Assembly: GCA_016748015.1 (NCBI GenBank)
Contig: JAAOMT010000387.1
Location: 93,932 to 157,931 of the forward strand
Length of the DNA: 64,000 bases
Direction of reading: 5' to 3'
Source: Geosiphon pyriformis uo1
Taxonomy: Eukaryota > Fungi > Glomeromycota
Shown here: positions 1 to 10,646 of the stretch, one piece after another
Position numbering within the stretch: position 1 is the stretch's first letter
Layout: each line of letters begins with the position of its first letter
The notes under the pieces: model-generated
What the model was told of the DNA's origin: nothing
Databases searched by the model: none
Seen by the model: the letters and a program-made list of their open reading frames with translations, nothing else
Made by a program: the position numbers and the translations under genes

Positions 1-797
1 GTAAATTTGATGTTTTTTGTGGTAATAACTTTTTGGTGTTGAAAGAACTTCAATCTAGTCTTCTATTTTTGCCATTGGATTAATTGTAGAGGATGCTTTG
101 AAGAAAAATAGAGAGCTCTGGCTGGTGTTATAAGATATGCACAAAGCTTATAATTTGGTAGGCTAGCATTATTTAAAGGCTAGCTTGCATCATATCAAAA
201 TGTGTGATCAGTTTATTAGGTTCTTTAGTAACATTTATGAAAACAGATTTAATAGGGTGATGACAGATTTTAAACTTTCAAATAATTATAGAGTGCATGA
301 TAGTTTGAATCAAGATAAGGTCTTTTCTCTACTCCTCTGAAAAATTTTCTATGATCCATTTTTGTGTGAGGTTAAGAGACATAAGCACTTATGCAAATAC
401 AGAATTGATACTAAGTTTGTGACAAGATCTGGCAGGATTGAAACAATTGATGGGAAAACTTTTTTTTTGGCTGTTAATGCCTTTGTTGATAATATAATTT
501 GGGTTGAAAATTGCCAGACTTCCATACAATATATTCTAAATATTGCTAATAAATTTTTTATGGTCAATGACATTTTAATAAACAATAATAAGATGGTGGC
601 TATACTTATCAATTAGGGTGTTAAGTCTGCTTTACTGTTAATTAATAGTTTACCAATTTCAATTGCCAAAAGAAGTGAAGCACACAGATACTTGGGCATT
701 TTTTTGTCTATTAAAGGTTTCTCCAAGCTTAGTTTGGTTCAGGCTCATCTGGATGTTAGGTTTTTCTCTAATGTGGTATTAAAAAAAGCTATTATGA
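1..797 (+). mobile_element. LINE copy A, 5' visible part (decayed RT region of ORF2), interrupted by Gypsy-1
   Basis: Translates to LINE RT motifs (L*DMHKAYNLVG, HDSLNQDKVFSLLL*KIFYDPFLCEVKRH, AFVDNIIWV) collinear with ORF2 of the copies at 37.7-44.6 kb and 52.7-59.5 kb; resumes at 10647. Confidence 0.9.
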
Positions 798-1783
798 TGT
801 TACTGGAGGTTTTTGGTTTCTTCTTAGCTCTTGTATGTTTGTTGTAATGCTGTTAACTCACAACTATGGGAAGTGTTTGAACCTCCAATAACTGAATTTT
901 TATCTTCAAATTATCTCTTATAATTTAAACTGCTGGGCTTATAAGTGGAATGGCCAATTCCGTGCCAGTTGCTTCATGTAATTACATTGTAGTAAACGTC
1001 AACTCTTTCTCAGGAATTGCTTGTCTGGAAGCTCACTAAAAATGTGTAGTTATTTTGCTGTAAAAGTCAACTCTTCTATAAGAATCTCATCTGTAGGCTA
1101 CCCTAATGATTATAATAAGAAAATAAAAGAAAGAAAATAAAAGAAATGTAAAAGAAATAGAATTCTGTCAAAAGAAACGTTTTCTATCCAGGCCTGGAGT
1201 CACTAACAGTTTACTGAAATTGGTAGTTAATCAATTTCAAAATGTTAATTGGGTTTTGAGGATTTTCCAAGTGCAATAATTAAAGAATTTGGTTTTTTTT
1301 GAATTATTTGATATTTATTTCTTTTTGTGTGTGTAGAAATGGTTTTAAGTAATAAATCTAAAGTAAGATATATTTTCTTGAAAAGAGAAGCTCTTCTTTT
1401 ATACAACTTGTCATAATACTATTCTATGAACTTAAACTTTGCTCTTTTTTACAATTTCACTGAACTACAGATACATTTCGGTGAACTACAAGTTATTTCT
1501 GCAAACTATTAGATATTTCAGTGAACTATCAATTATTTTGGTGAATTTCTACAAATTTTGGCAAACTTTTGAATGTTACATATTTCGGGGTATTGCATGA
1601 TTGATCATTGCAATTAGGTTACATTTGTGTTATGTACAAATTGGGTTATTAATTAAATGATAATTTCAGACATTTTGCTAATGTAATAAGTGATAATTTG
1701 AAACAATAATATATGCTAATTAATGATAGGAATTATAAAGATAATTTCATGCTAAATAATATTTCTAATTTTGTCTGGTAATA
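798..1783 (-). repeat. 3' LTR of Gypsy-1
   Basis: Direct repeat of 9665-10642; adjoins the PPT. Confidence 0.95.
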
Positions 1784-2471
1784 TAACCTCCTCCTCAAAA
1801 CTGAGCTCTGTCAAAGTCCAAGTACTGTCTGTAATTTCCAGATAATAATCCAAAATTATTGAAGAAATTTGGTCTGAAAATTGTTGAAATTTCAGTTCTG
1901 TAAGCTTTCCAATGTATTGAATCTTCAAAGGTTGTAAAATTGGGTTTTGTAGGACGTTTTTACAGGTGTGGAATAGATCATAAAATCTAAGAGCAGCTTT
2001 TAGTTTATAATGACTGTTTGTAAGTCCAGCTGTTGTCTTGAATTTGTTGTGGAGTTGTTTCTGAATAGCTTCTTTTGTGAGGTTTGCTGCTGTAAGCTCC
2101 CGTTTTCATTCATGAAGTGTTTTTCCAATGTAGAAATATCTATATATTGGAGTATAGTTGTAGTTTTCTTCATTAAGACACAGTTGAAGTTTTTGTTGAA
2201 TAGTAGTATTTGGTGGAATACTAATAAAAGTGAGTATTAAGTTTTCTCTTAAAGCAAGCTTTAAAAGTTCTGACAGGTGAATTCCAGAATAACTTCTTGT
2301 GTTCTTCTTATATGGGTGATATTTTCGTGAATTTGGGGCTAAATTTGTAACTACTTCTGTTTGGGTATAATTAATGTGGTTTCCAGTAACAGTAATAGAT
2401 AATTTGGGTATTGTTTTTAAAGCTAACATTAGTTTTTGGGATAATTGCTGAATGTTTTGAGGAATAGTCAT
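1752..2471 (-). pseudogene. Extra ORF3 of Gypsy-1 (~239 aa, unknown function), one premature stop
   Basis: ATG at 2471; TGA at 2106 corresponds to Arg (CGA) in the Gypsy-2 homologue; the frame stays open to TAG at 1752 inside the LTR; homologue at 24600-25307. Confidence 0.85.
1786..1796 (-). promoter_or_regulatory. Polypurine tract of Gypsy-1
   Basis: Minus strand reads TGAGGAGGAGGTTA immediately before the 3' LTR. Confidence 0.85.
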
Positions 2472-2593
2472 TATAAGAGATTTGAAAATAAAAGAAATTT
2501 ATTTTTGATGTATGGGTTTTTATGTTATTTTTGCTTTGTTTTTGTAAGATTGTTTCTAAATTATAAGGAGATAACTATAATAATAAATTTAAG

Positions 2594-5500
2594 TTAAGTG
2601 TTCAAGTTGGGAGATTGTTCAATGACAACTATTAGTTCTAAATTTTGGGGAATATCTTCGGGATTGATTAAAGGGGAATGTGTACCAATTTGTGGAATTA
2701 ATAGTTCAGAATTGTTTCTGAAATTATAGTGTTTCAAATGATCTCCATGTGCAACTTTTGCTAGGATTTTGTCATTATGTCTTAGCTTGTATGATCTATT
2801 GCCTAGGACTTCATGGATAAAAAATGGTCCATCCCATTTATTTTCAAATTTTTCACTCCATTGTTTTTCAGCTTTAGTTCTGTGTAAGAAAACTTTGTTT
2901 CCGATTTTAAATTCATTGGTAACTGGAGGCAATTTGTTGTCATGCCATTCTTTTTGTTGAGCTTGAGAGTGTTTAATATGGATGGCTGCTATTCATTGTT
3001 TTCCTTTCAATGTGCTAAGCAGAGTATAGGCTCTTTGTTGTAGTGTTTTCTGAAAGTTGTCTTTATTAATTGGTTGTACTGAATATGTTTCCATTGTGAA
3101 ACTAATTGGTAATGTTGCTGTCCTTCCGTAGGTTAGATCAAATGATGTGTGTTTTGTGGTATCTTGTTTTAGTGTTCTATATGCTAATAACACTGATAGA
3201 ATAAAGAGATCCTATTTTTGCTCAAAATCCATTGAGACTTTGGCTAATAATTCACACAATGTTCTGTTGAAATGTTCTACAAGTTTATTTGTTTGTGGAT
3301 GGTAGGGCGAAGATAATGGTCTCTTAACATTAAATTGTTCACAAATTTCCTGGATTAAATTGTTCATGAAATGTGTTCCTTAATCAGATAAAAGTTCTAT
3401 TGGGCATCCATGTTTACAAATGATGTCTTCATAGATAAAGTTTGCTACTGATTTTGCATCTGCTCATTGAATGGCTCTGGCTTCAGGCCATTTGGTGAGA
3501 TAGTCTACAGCTACTGCAATATAACGGTTTCCTTGGTTTGTGATAGGTAGTGATCTGACTAAATCGATACCAATTCGGTCAAAAGGCTGTCCAACTTTAA
3601 TTGGGTTTAAAGGTTCTGTAGGGCAAGTTCCTTCTTTTCTTTGACAACTATCACAAGATTTAACATATTCATAAATGTCTTTTCTCATTCAAGGCCAAAA
3701 GTAATATTCTAGTGTTCTCTGAGTGGTGCTGTCTTTTCCTAGGTGTGCTGATGAAAGGTCTGAATACATGTTATATAAAATAGTTTTTTTTTTATGTTCT
3801 TGTATTAATCTGAGCGGATTGTCTGGGTTTTTGAAGTTTCAATAATAGATCATGTTATTGTGTAAGAGGTATTGTCTGGCTTGTTGTTGTAACCAATGTT
3901 TTTCATCTGGGGACCAATCTGTTGGGATTGTTAATGTCTCCAAATATTGTTTAAGATTGTTGTAGTTTTCGGGGTTTATTGTTTGTTGTTTTGTTGTTAA
4001 TTCAAATGGGTGTTGGTTCTGTATTCTAATCTTGTCTCATTCTTGAGAGACATCAATGTTGGTGTGAAGTTTTCTTGGTTTGTGGTGTACAGTGTATTGA
4101 TAGTTGGCTAAAAATCCTGTCCATCAGGTTTGTTTTGCATTCAGTTGGGTGTTTTTGTTCTGAAGCCATTTGAGTCTAATATTATCAATGATAATATCAA
4201 ATTCTTTGGGTCTGAGGTAAAAGTTGAAGTGATGTAGGGCCCAAATTATGGCTGCTGTTTCTAGTTCTGTGGCAGAGTAGTTTTTCTCAGCTGGTTTTAA
4301 TGTTCTGCTAGCATAAGCAATTACTTGCTCATTTCCATTGTTATCTAATTATGATAAGATGGCACCAAAGGCAGTATAAGAAGTATCTGTAGCTAGTCAA
4401 AATTGGTTACTAAAGTTTGAGTAGGCAAGAATTGGAGCTGTTGTCAGCTTTTTCTTGAGAATTTCAAAAGCTTTTTGGCATTTTTCTATCTATTTGTATT
4501 CGATGTTTTTAGTAATGAGCTGGTTGAAGGGTTTTGTGATTTCTAAGAATCCTTTGATGAATTTTTGATAATAGGAAGCTAATCCAATAAATCCTCTCAA
4601 TTCTGTGGTATTTTGTGAAGTCTTGAAGTTCTTAACAGTGCTGATTTTTCTGGGGTCTGGTTTAATTCTATCTTTGCTTACAATGTGGCCAAGAAAGGCC
4701 AAACTCGTTTTTCCGAAATAGCATTTTTCGATGTTCAGTTTCAATTCTGCTTTCTGTAATCATTGAAAAACTTCTTGCAGGTGTGTTAAGTGTAATTCAA
4801 AAGATAGTGAATAAACATTAGTATCATTGAGATAGACAACTACTGATTTCCAAAGAAGGCCTTTGTAAACAACATCCATGAGTCTTTGGAATGTTGTTGG
4901 TGTATTGTATAATCCGAAAGGCATTATGTTGAACTCATAGTTTCTTTCTTAAGTGGTAAATGCTGTTTTGGAGCAATCTTTGGGATCTATGGCAACTTGC
5001 CAGTATTCACTCTCTAAATCTAATGTCGAAAAGTATTTGGATTTTCCAAGGGCATCCAACATATTATTAATTCAGGAAAGGGGGTAGGCATCTCCAATGG
5101 TAACACTGTTGAGTTGTCGATAATCAACACAAAATCGTATCTTTCCATTTTTCTTTTTAACTAAGACCACCAGTGAGGCCCATGGACTCATTGATGATTA
5201 AATAAGCTCATTGTTGAGCATCCATTGTACTTCTTTGCGAATAAATTGGTGACTTTCTGGAGCAACTCAGTAGGCTTGCTGTCATCTTGGTTTGGCATCT
5301 TCTGTATAGATTTGGTGTTGAACCAAATCAGTTCTTCCTAGGTCATTGTTGTTTTCAGCAAAGATATTGGCAAATTCTACAATTAGCTCTTTGAGCTGGC
5401 TCCGTTGTTGTGGTTCAAGTTGTTCCATGTTGATTCGAGATAGTTTTTCCATGACAACATGGTAGTTTTCAGAGCTGAGATTTGGATTGATTTTTGGTAG

Positions 5501-8500
5501 TGAATGTCCAATAATTTCAGAGAAATCAGGGACTGTTTGGGGTAATTCTTGTTGAAAAATATTACTATGAATAACTCTAATTTCTAAGTTATTTAATAAA
5601 ACTATGGGGTAATTATTGGGGTTGTAAAAAATAACTCAGACTTTCTTTGTTCCTTCTGGGATGTAAATATTTGGGATTGAGATATTATGTTCCAAGCAAA
5701 TTCGTTCATTAGACTCAAAAATTTGTTGTGTGGTCATTGGCTTTTTACAAGTGTAAATTTCAGAGTGTTCTCCAAAGAGTGAAATAGTAATTGGTTGTGG
5801 AAATTGTAGAATCTGGTAAGATTCTTTCTGTTCATTGAGGGCTATGTTTACTGGAACTGTAAATCGTCCAGTTGAACCAAAACCTTGGGTTTTTCTTTCA
5901 CTTTTTCTCAATAGTTTTTTTTGATTGACTAATTGTAAACCCGAAATGTTAATTAAGGGTAAATAAATGGCTTGGGCAATTTTTTCAGCATGTTCAATCT
6001 GAAAAAGTTTATCAGTTTCATTTTGTAACATGATTGTAATGTCTCCTGTATATCCAGCATCTATGATTCCTCCTCTAACATTGATTTCTGTGCTTGCCAA
6101 TAATGATCATGAAGTGATTTGGACCATTGCTCTTGGTGGGATTTTGAGGGCAACTTTGAAATTGATTTTGGTAAGGGAATTTGGTTGAAAAACCAAAGTG
6201 TCTTTTTCTGGATATCGTAGATCATATCCAGCATCAATTTCATGTGCTTTTTCCAGTTTTATTCCTTGTCCATTGTTGTTGAAGTATTTGAGTTGTAAAG
6301 CAGACTGATTTTTGATGAGGTAGATAGGTGTTGTTTCAATTTCTTCTGTTGTTTCAGATTCTCTGAATTCAATTTCGTATTTATTGCTTTTACTGAGCAA
6401 TGGAATGCTAAGAGTGTAGCATTCAGGACACCATTGTTCATCACATGGCATTATACACTCCTCACATAATTTAATGTTCATTTGCTTTAATTGTTAAATT
6501 TGAGCTTCTTGGGTCAGGTAGATGTGACTTGCAATTTGGTAGTATATTTCTACTTCATCTTCATAATCGAATCCAGCTAATTCCAATGTATATTCAATAT
6601 ATTCAGCTTCCTTCATTTGAAGGACATCTTTTTTGGTTCCTCTATTAATTAAAACCATGACAAGTTTGTAGATCATTTCGGCATTATGGGGGTAGTGATA
6701 GAGTTTGCTGAGGGTGCTGTTATATGTGACATTGAAAGGTGTTCCACGTTTTACTTTTTCTGCAATAGAAAGAGCATATTGACAAGTTTGATCACAGACT
6801 CCTCCTCTAAATGCAACATCAATCCAGTTACATTCATTGGGAAGCTGCTTTTCACAAGTAAAACAGGGTGTTCCATCTCATTTTCCACTTCTTTTAATCA
6901 AGTGGCCCCATTGTTCTCAATGGCAGGTCTTACAATAGTAGCAGATGTGACTTTCATATTCTTTTTTAGGTAAAATACAAGCTCCCATTGACGATAGTTT
7001 TTTGTGGCAGTCTTTATATTTAAGGGGAATATAGGGGCATTGTTTCCTTGGTTCAGGCTTTGAGTAAGGAATATTCCATCCAGGAGTTTCAGGTTCAGAG
7101 TATGGAATAAAATGTTCTTGTTCAGTCTCCTCAGCCCAATTGGATGTTGATTCAAGAGCCATGAATGTTTTAATTATTGGTTTTTCTTCTTCTGGTTTGA
7201 ATTCAAAAGCTGGGGCTTTTTCGGAGCATTTGTTGAATGTACCACAAGTGGCAGGTACTTGGACATATTGTCCTTAGTAAGAGATTTGTAATTCTTGGGT
7301 TTTCCAGTCTAATTTCATATTGGTTTTTTGAAGCCAGTCATTTCCGACAAGAGCTTGATACTGAGGAGCATTCATTACAAGAACTTTGACTGAAATGGTG
7401 ATTCCATTAAGAGTGAATGGAAAATTGTCAATTTCTTCTACTGGAGTCTTTTTTATGTTATTGGCAGTAATGATTACTGTTTGAGCTGGTCAGTCGACAT
7501 TTTTCTTTAACTGTTGTATTAACTGGTAGGTGATGATGCTTTCAGCAGATCCACTGTCTAGGATTAAGTGAATTGTCTTTCCTTCGACTTCTACTTTAGT
7601 GTACATAGCAGTGATTGCTTTTTGTTCATTGGTGGCTGCATTGCTAAGCAGGAATGGTGACTCATTTGCTTTGAACTCAAAAGAGAATATATCTGAAAGG
7701 TTGGCGTTTTCAGCAATTCTGGCTGGTGAGATTGTAGTAGGAATATAGGAAGGGTTTTGTTGTTGTGCTGCAGCTCTACCTTCCGAGAGTGCAGTATGGT
7801 GAAAATCCTGTTCTTCAGGTATTGTAAGATAGCTAGGTTGAGTATGATAATGAGTGGGTCTTGGCTGAGCTGGATTTCAGGAAACTAATTGGTTATTTGG
7901 ATTGATTCTGTTGTTGTTTGTTGCAAATTGGTTTTGTGATGCAAATTGGTTTTGTTGAACCAATCTTCGAGCAGGTACTTGGTAATGTTGAATGGGCTGT
8001 GGAGCAGGTTGATAGTAGTCAGTTTGATATTGTGGTCTTGGTGGATAGTAAGCTGGTAGTAGTGGTGGTTGGTAATAAAATTGTTGTGGCAAAGAGTAAT
8101 GTTGATTACTCCTATTCTGTTGGTCTCGTTGTAGCTTCTTGCAATCTCTTTTCCAGTGGCCAGAAATTCCACAGTAATGACAATTCTGAGGCTGGTTATT
8201 AGAGGATGATGTGAAGTTGTTTTGATTCCGTCTTTGGGGTGGTTGATATCTTTGGGGTTGCTGTTGTTGTTGGTTGGTGAAATAGTTTTTGACTTTCTTT
8301 GTGAGTTGGTCAATTTTCTCTTCAGCTGCTGAGCTGGTCTCTCCAATAGCTAAGTTCATGAGTTTTGTACAATTGGCTTCTTCTATGGCCATTTCATATC
8401 TCTTTGCATGCTGAATGGCAGAGTTTAAATCTTCTGGGGCATGTGGGCAAACCTTTTTAATCAGTTTATCCTTTAAACCAGTGATAAATTGATCCAAGAT

Positions 8501-9619
8501 TTGAGCATCAGAATAATAATCATTAGTTTCAAGTTGGCAAATTTGTTTGAAAAGTTTGTTGAATTTTCCAATATAAGTTATGACAGATTTGGAGGGTTCT
8601 TGTTTGATATTGTGAAAACAATTTTGAAGTGTGATTGAGGTGTTGTTATCGGTAAATTGTTCTAAGAAGGCAGTTTTGAAAGCTGTCCAATCATTAAAAG
8701 GGGTGGTCAAGTTTTTGAACCATTTGCCTGCTGTTTCTTTGAGAAAGTAGAGAATTGTTCTTAACATTCTGGCAGCATTCCATCCATTTGCATTTCCAGC
8801 TTTAGTAACTTGGTCAAGATATTCTTGGGAACTGGTTTCAATGTCTTTTTCATTAAATTCAGGGATTTTTGTGATGTATGGTGTCATTTTATTTTCTTCG
8901 TTTTCACTGTTTATTGATTCTTCTTTAGATATTTCAGAATCATTTTCTTTGTTTGCTGCTGTCTCAGAGTGTTCACTTTGATTTTCAGCTAGAAAGTCAA
9001 GAAAATTGGAACTAGTTTGAAGGGATTCTTGTTGTCTGGTGGGACTTCTGGGTAATGTAAAATCTTCTAGTCTTGCAAATCGATTTAAGGGTGAGTTAGG
9101 TGTTTGTGCTTGTGCAAGTGAAGCTGGAAAAGATGTGATAGTAAGTAGAAGTTTTGAACTGGTTCCTTGTTCAGGTGTTTGTAAGTGTTTGGCAGTTGTT
9201 TTTGGTAGTATTGGAGTATTTGGAGTGGTTTTTGAGTATTGTTTCAATTTTTGTTTGTCTTTGTTGCTTGTTTCTGTCTCTGATTCAAAATCAATAAAGT
9301 ATTGAGACTGCACTAGATATGTTTCTTCACAGTACTTGATAATGTTAAAATTAAGTTCTTGAAAGTAAGTGGCAAGTGTTTCACTGTTAAGATCTTTAGT
9401 TCTCAACTGTGAATAGTGTACTAAATTATTGTAAAGGTTGCTTCTAACTTCTGAGATATTGTAATTTCCAAAAAGATAACTGTTGATGCAGTTTTCAATG
9501 TATTGGTATACTGATTTCTTGACAACTTCAATTCCGTCTGAAATGTTGAATCTTTGCTTGCAGTAGGTGTAAATTGACTGGTAATACTTTAGAGTTGTTG
9601 TGTCTGGTGTGGTTGCCAC
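2594..9619 (-). pseudogene. gag-pol polyprotein of Gypsy-1 (single frame, many premature stops)
   Basis: ORF fragments ending at 7877, 6917, 6494, 6107, 5636, 4490, 3464, 2993 and 2594 share one frame. Motifs: CCHC CHYCGISGHWKRDC, protease LILDSGSA, RT YLND (from YLDD), RNase H ATDTS...ELETAAIIWAL, integrase RIGIDLV...VDYLTKWPEA, C-terminal W.GPF module. Confidence 0.93.
5867..6293 (-). other. dUTPase domain within Gypsy-1 pol, between PR and RT
   Basis: Five trimeric dUTPase motifs: DAGYDL, (R)S, GGIIDAGYTG, KIAQAI, ERKTQGFGSTG. Confidence 0.93.
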
Positions 9620-9648
9620 TTTGAAGTTGTTTTTGCTGTGTTGTTTTT

Positions 9649-9662
9649 GTGAGAGAGCACTA
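9649..9662 (-). promoter_or_regulatory. Primer-binding site of Gypsy-1
   Basis: TAGTGCTCTCTCAC two nt after the 5' LTR; the sister elements have TGGTGCTCT..., complementary to a tRNA ending ...AGAGCACCA. Confidence 0.75.
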
Positions 9663-9664
9663 AA

Positions 9665-10642
9665 TGTTACTGGAGGTTTTTGGTCTCTTCTTAGCTCTTG
9701 TATGTTTGTTGTAATGCTGTTAACTTACGACTATGGGAAGTGTTTGAACCTCCAATAACTGAATTTTTATCTTCAAATTATCTCCTATAATTTGAACTAC
9801 TGGGCTTATAAGTGGAATGGCCAATTCTGTGCCAGTTGCTTTGTGTAGTTACATTGTAGTAAATGTCAACTCTTTCCCAAGAATTGCTCATCTGAAAGCT
9901 CACTAAAAATGTGTAGTTATTTTGCTGTGAAAGTCAACTCTTCAACAGGAATCTTGTCTGTAGGCTACCCTAATAATTATAATAAGAAAATAAAAGAAAA
10001 AAAATAAAAGAAATGTAAAAGAAATAGAATTCTGTCAAGGGAAACGTTTTCTATTCAGGCCTGGAGTCACTAACAGTTTACTGAAATTGGTAGCTAATCA
10101 ATTTCAAAATGTTAGTTGGGTTTTGGGGATTTTTCAAGTGCAATAATTAAAGAATTTGGTTTTTCAAATTATTTGATATTTATTTCATTTTTGTGTGTAA
10201 AGAATAATTGTTAAATCTGAAGTAAGATATATTTTCTTGAAAAGAGAAGCTCTTCTTTTATACAACTTGTTGTAACACTATTTTATGAACTTGAACTTTG
10301 CTCTTTTCTACAATTTTGCTGAACTAAAGATACATTTCGGCAAATTACAAGTTATTTCTGCAAACTATTAGATATTTTGGTAAACTATCAATTATTTCAG
10401 CAAATTTCTACAAATTTCGGCAAACTTTTGAATGTTACATATTTCGGGGTATTGCATAATTGATCATTGCAATTAGGTTACATTTGTGTTATGTACAAAT
10501 TGGGTTATTAATTAAATGATAATTTCGGATATTTTGCTAATGTAATAAGTGATAATTTGAAACGATAATATATGCTAATTAATAATAGGAATTATAAAGA
10601 TAATTTCATGCTAAATAATATTTTTAATTTCGTTTGGTAACA
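9665..10642 (-). repeat. 5' LTR of Gypsy-1
   Basis: Direct repeat of 798-1783; followed on the minus strand by the PBS and gag. Confidence 0.95.
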
Positions 10643-10646
10643 ATGG

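Larger units (their letters stand above)
798..10642 (-). mobile_element. Ty3/Gypsy LTR retrotransposon Gypsy-1 (dUTPase-containing), full-length, pseudogenised
   Basis: ~980-bp direct repeats with TGTTAC...GTAACA termini; TSD ATGA (794-797)/ATGG (10643-10646); PBS and PPT present; domain order gag-PR-dUTPase-RT-RH-IN. Confidence 0.96.

Noticed and set aside
2594-2760. Possible chromodomain after integrase
   Set aside because: Only a GPF module and a short Pro/Ile-rich tail are present; no aromatic-cage (Y..KW.GY) pattern.
7877-7879. TGA after gag as a programmed read-through or gag/pol boundary
   Set aside because: The homologous codon in Gypsy-2 is Arg (NQLVLRNSG), so it is a CGA>TGA decay mutation.
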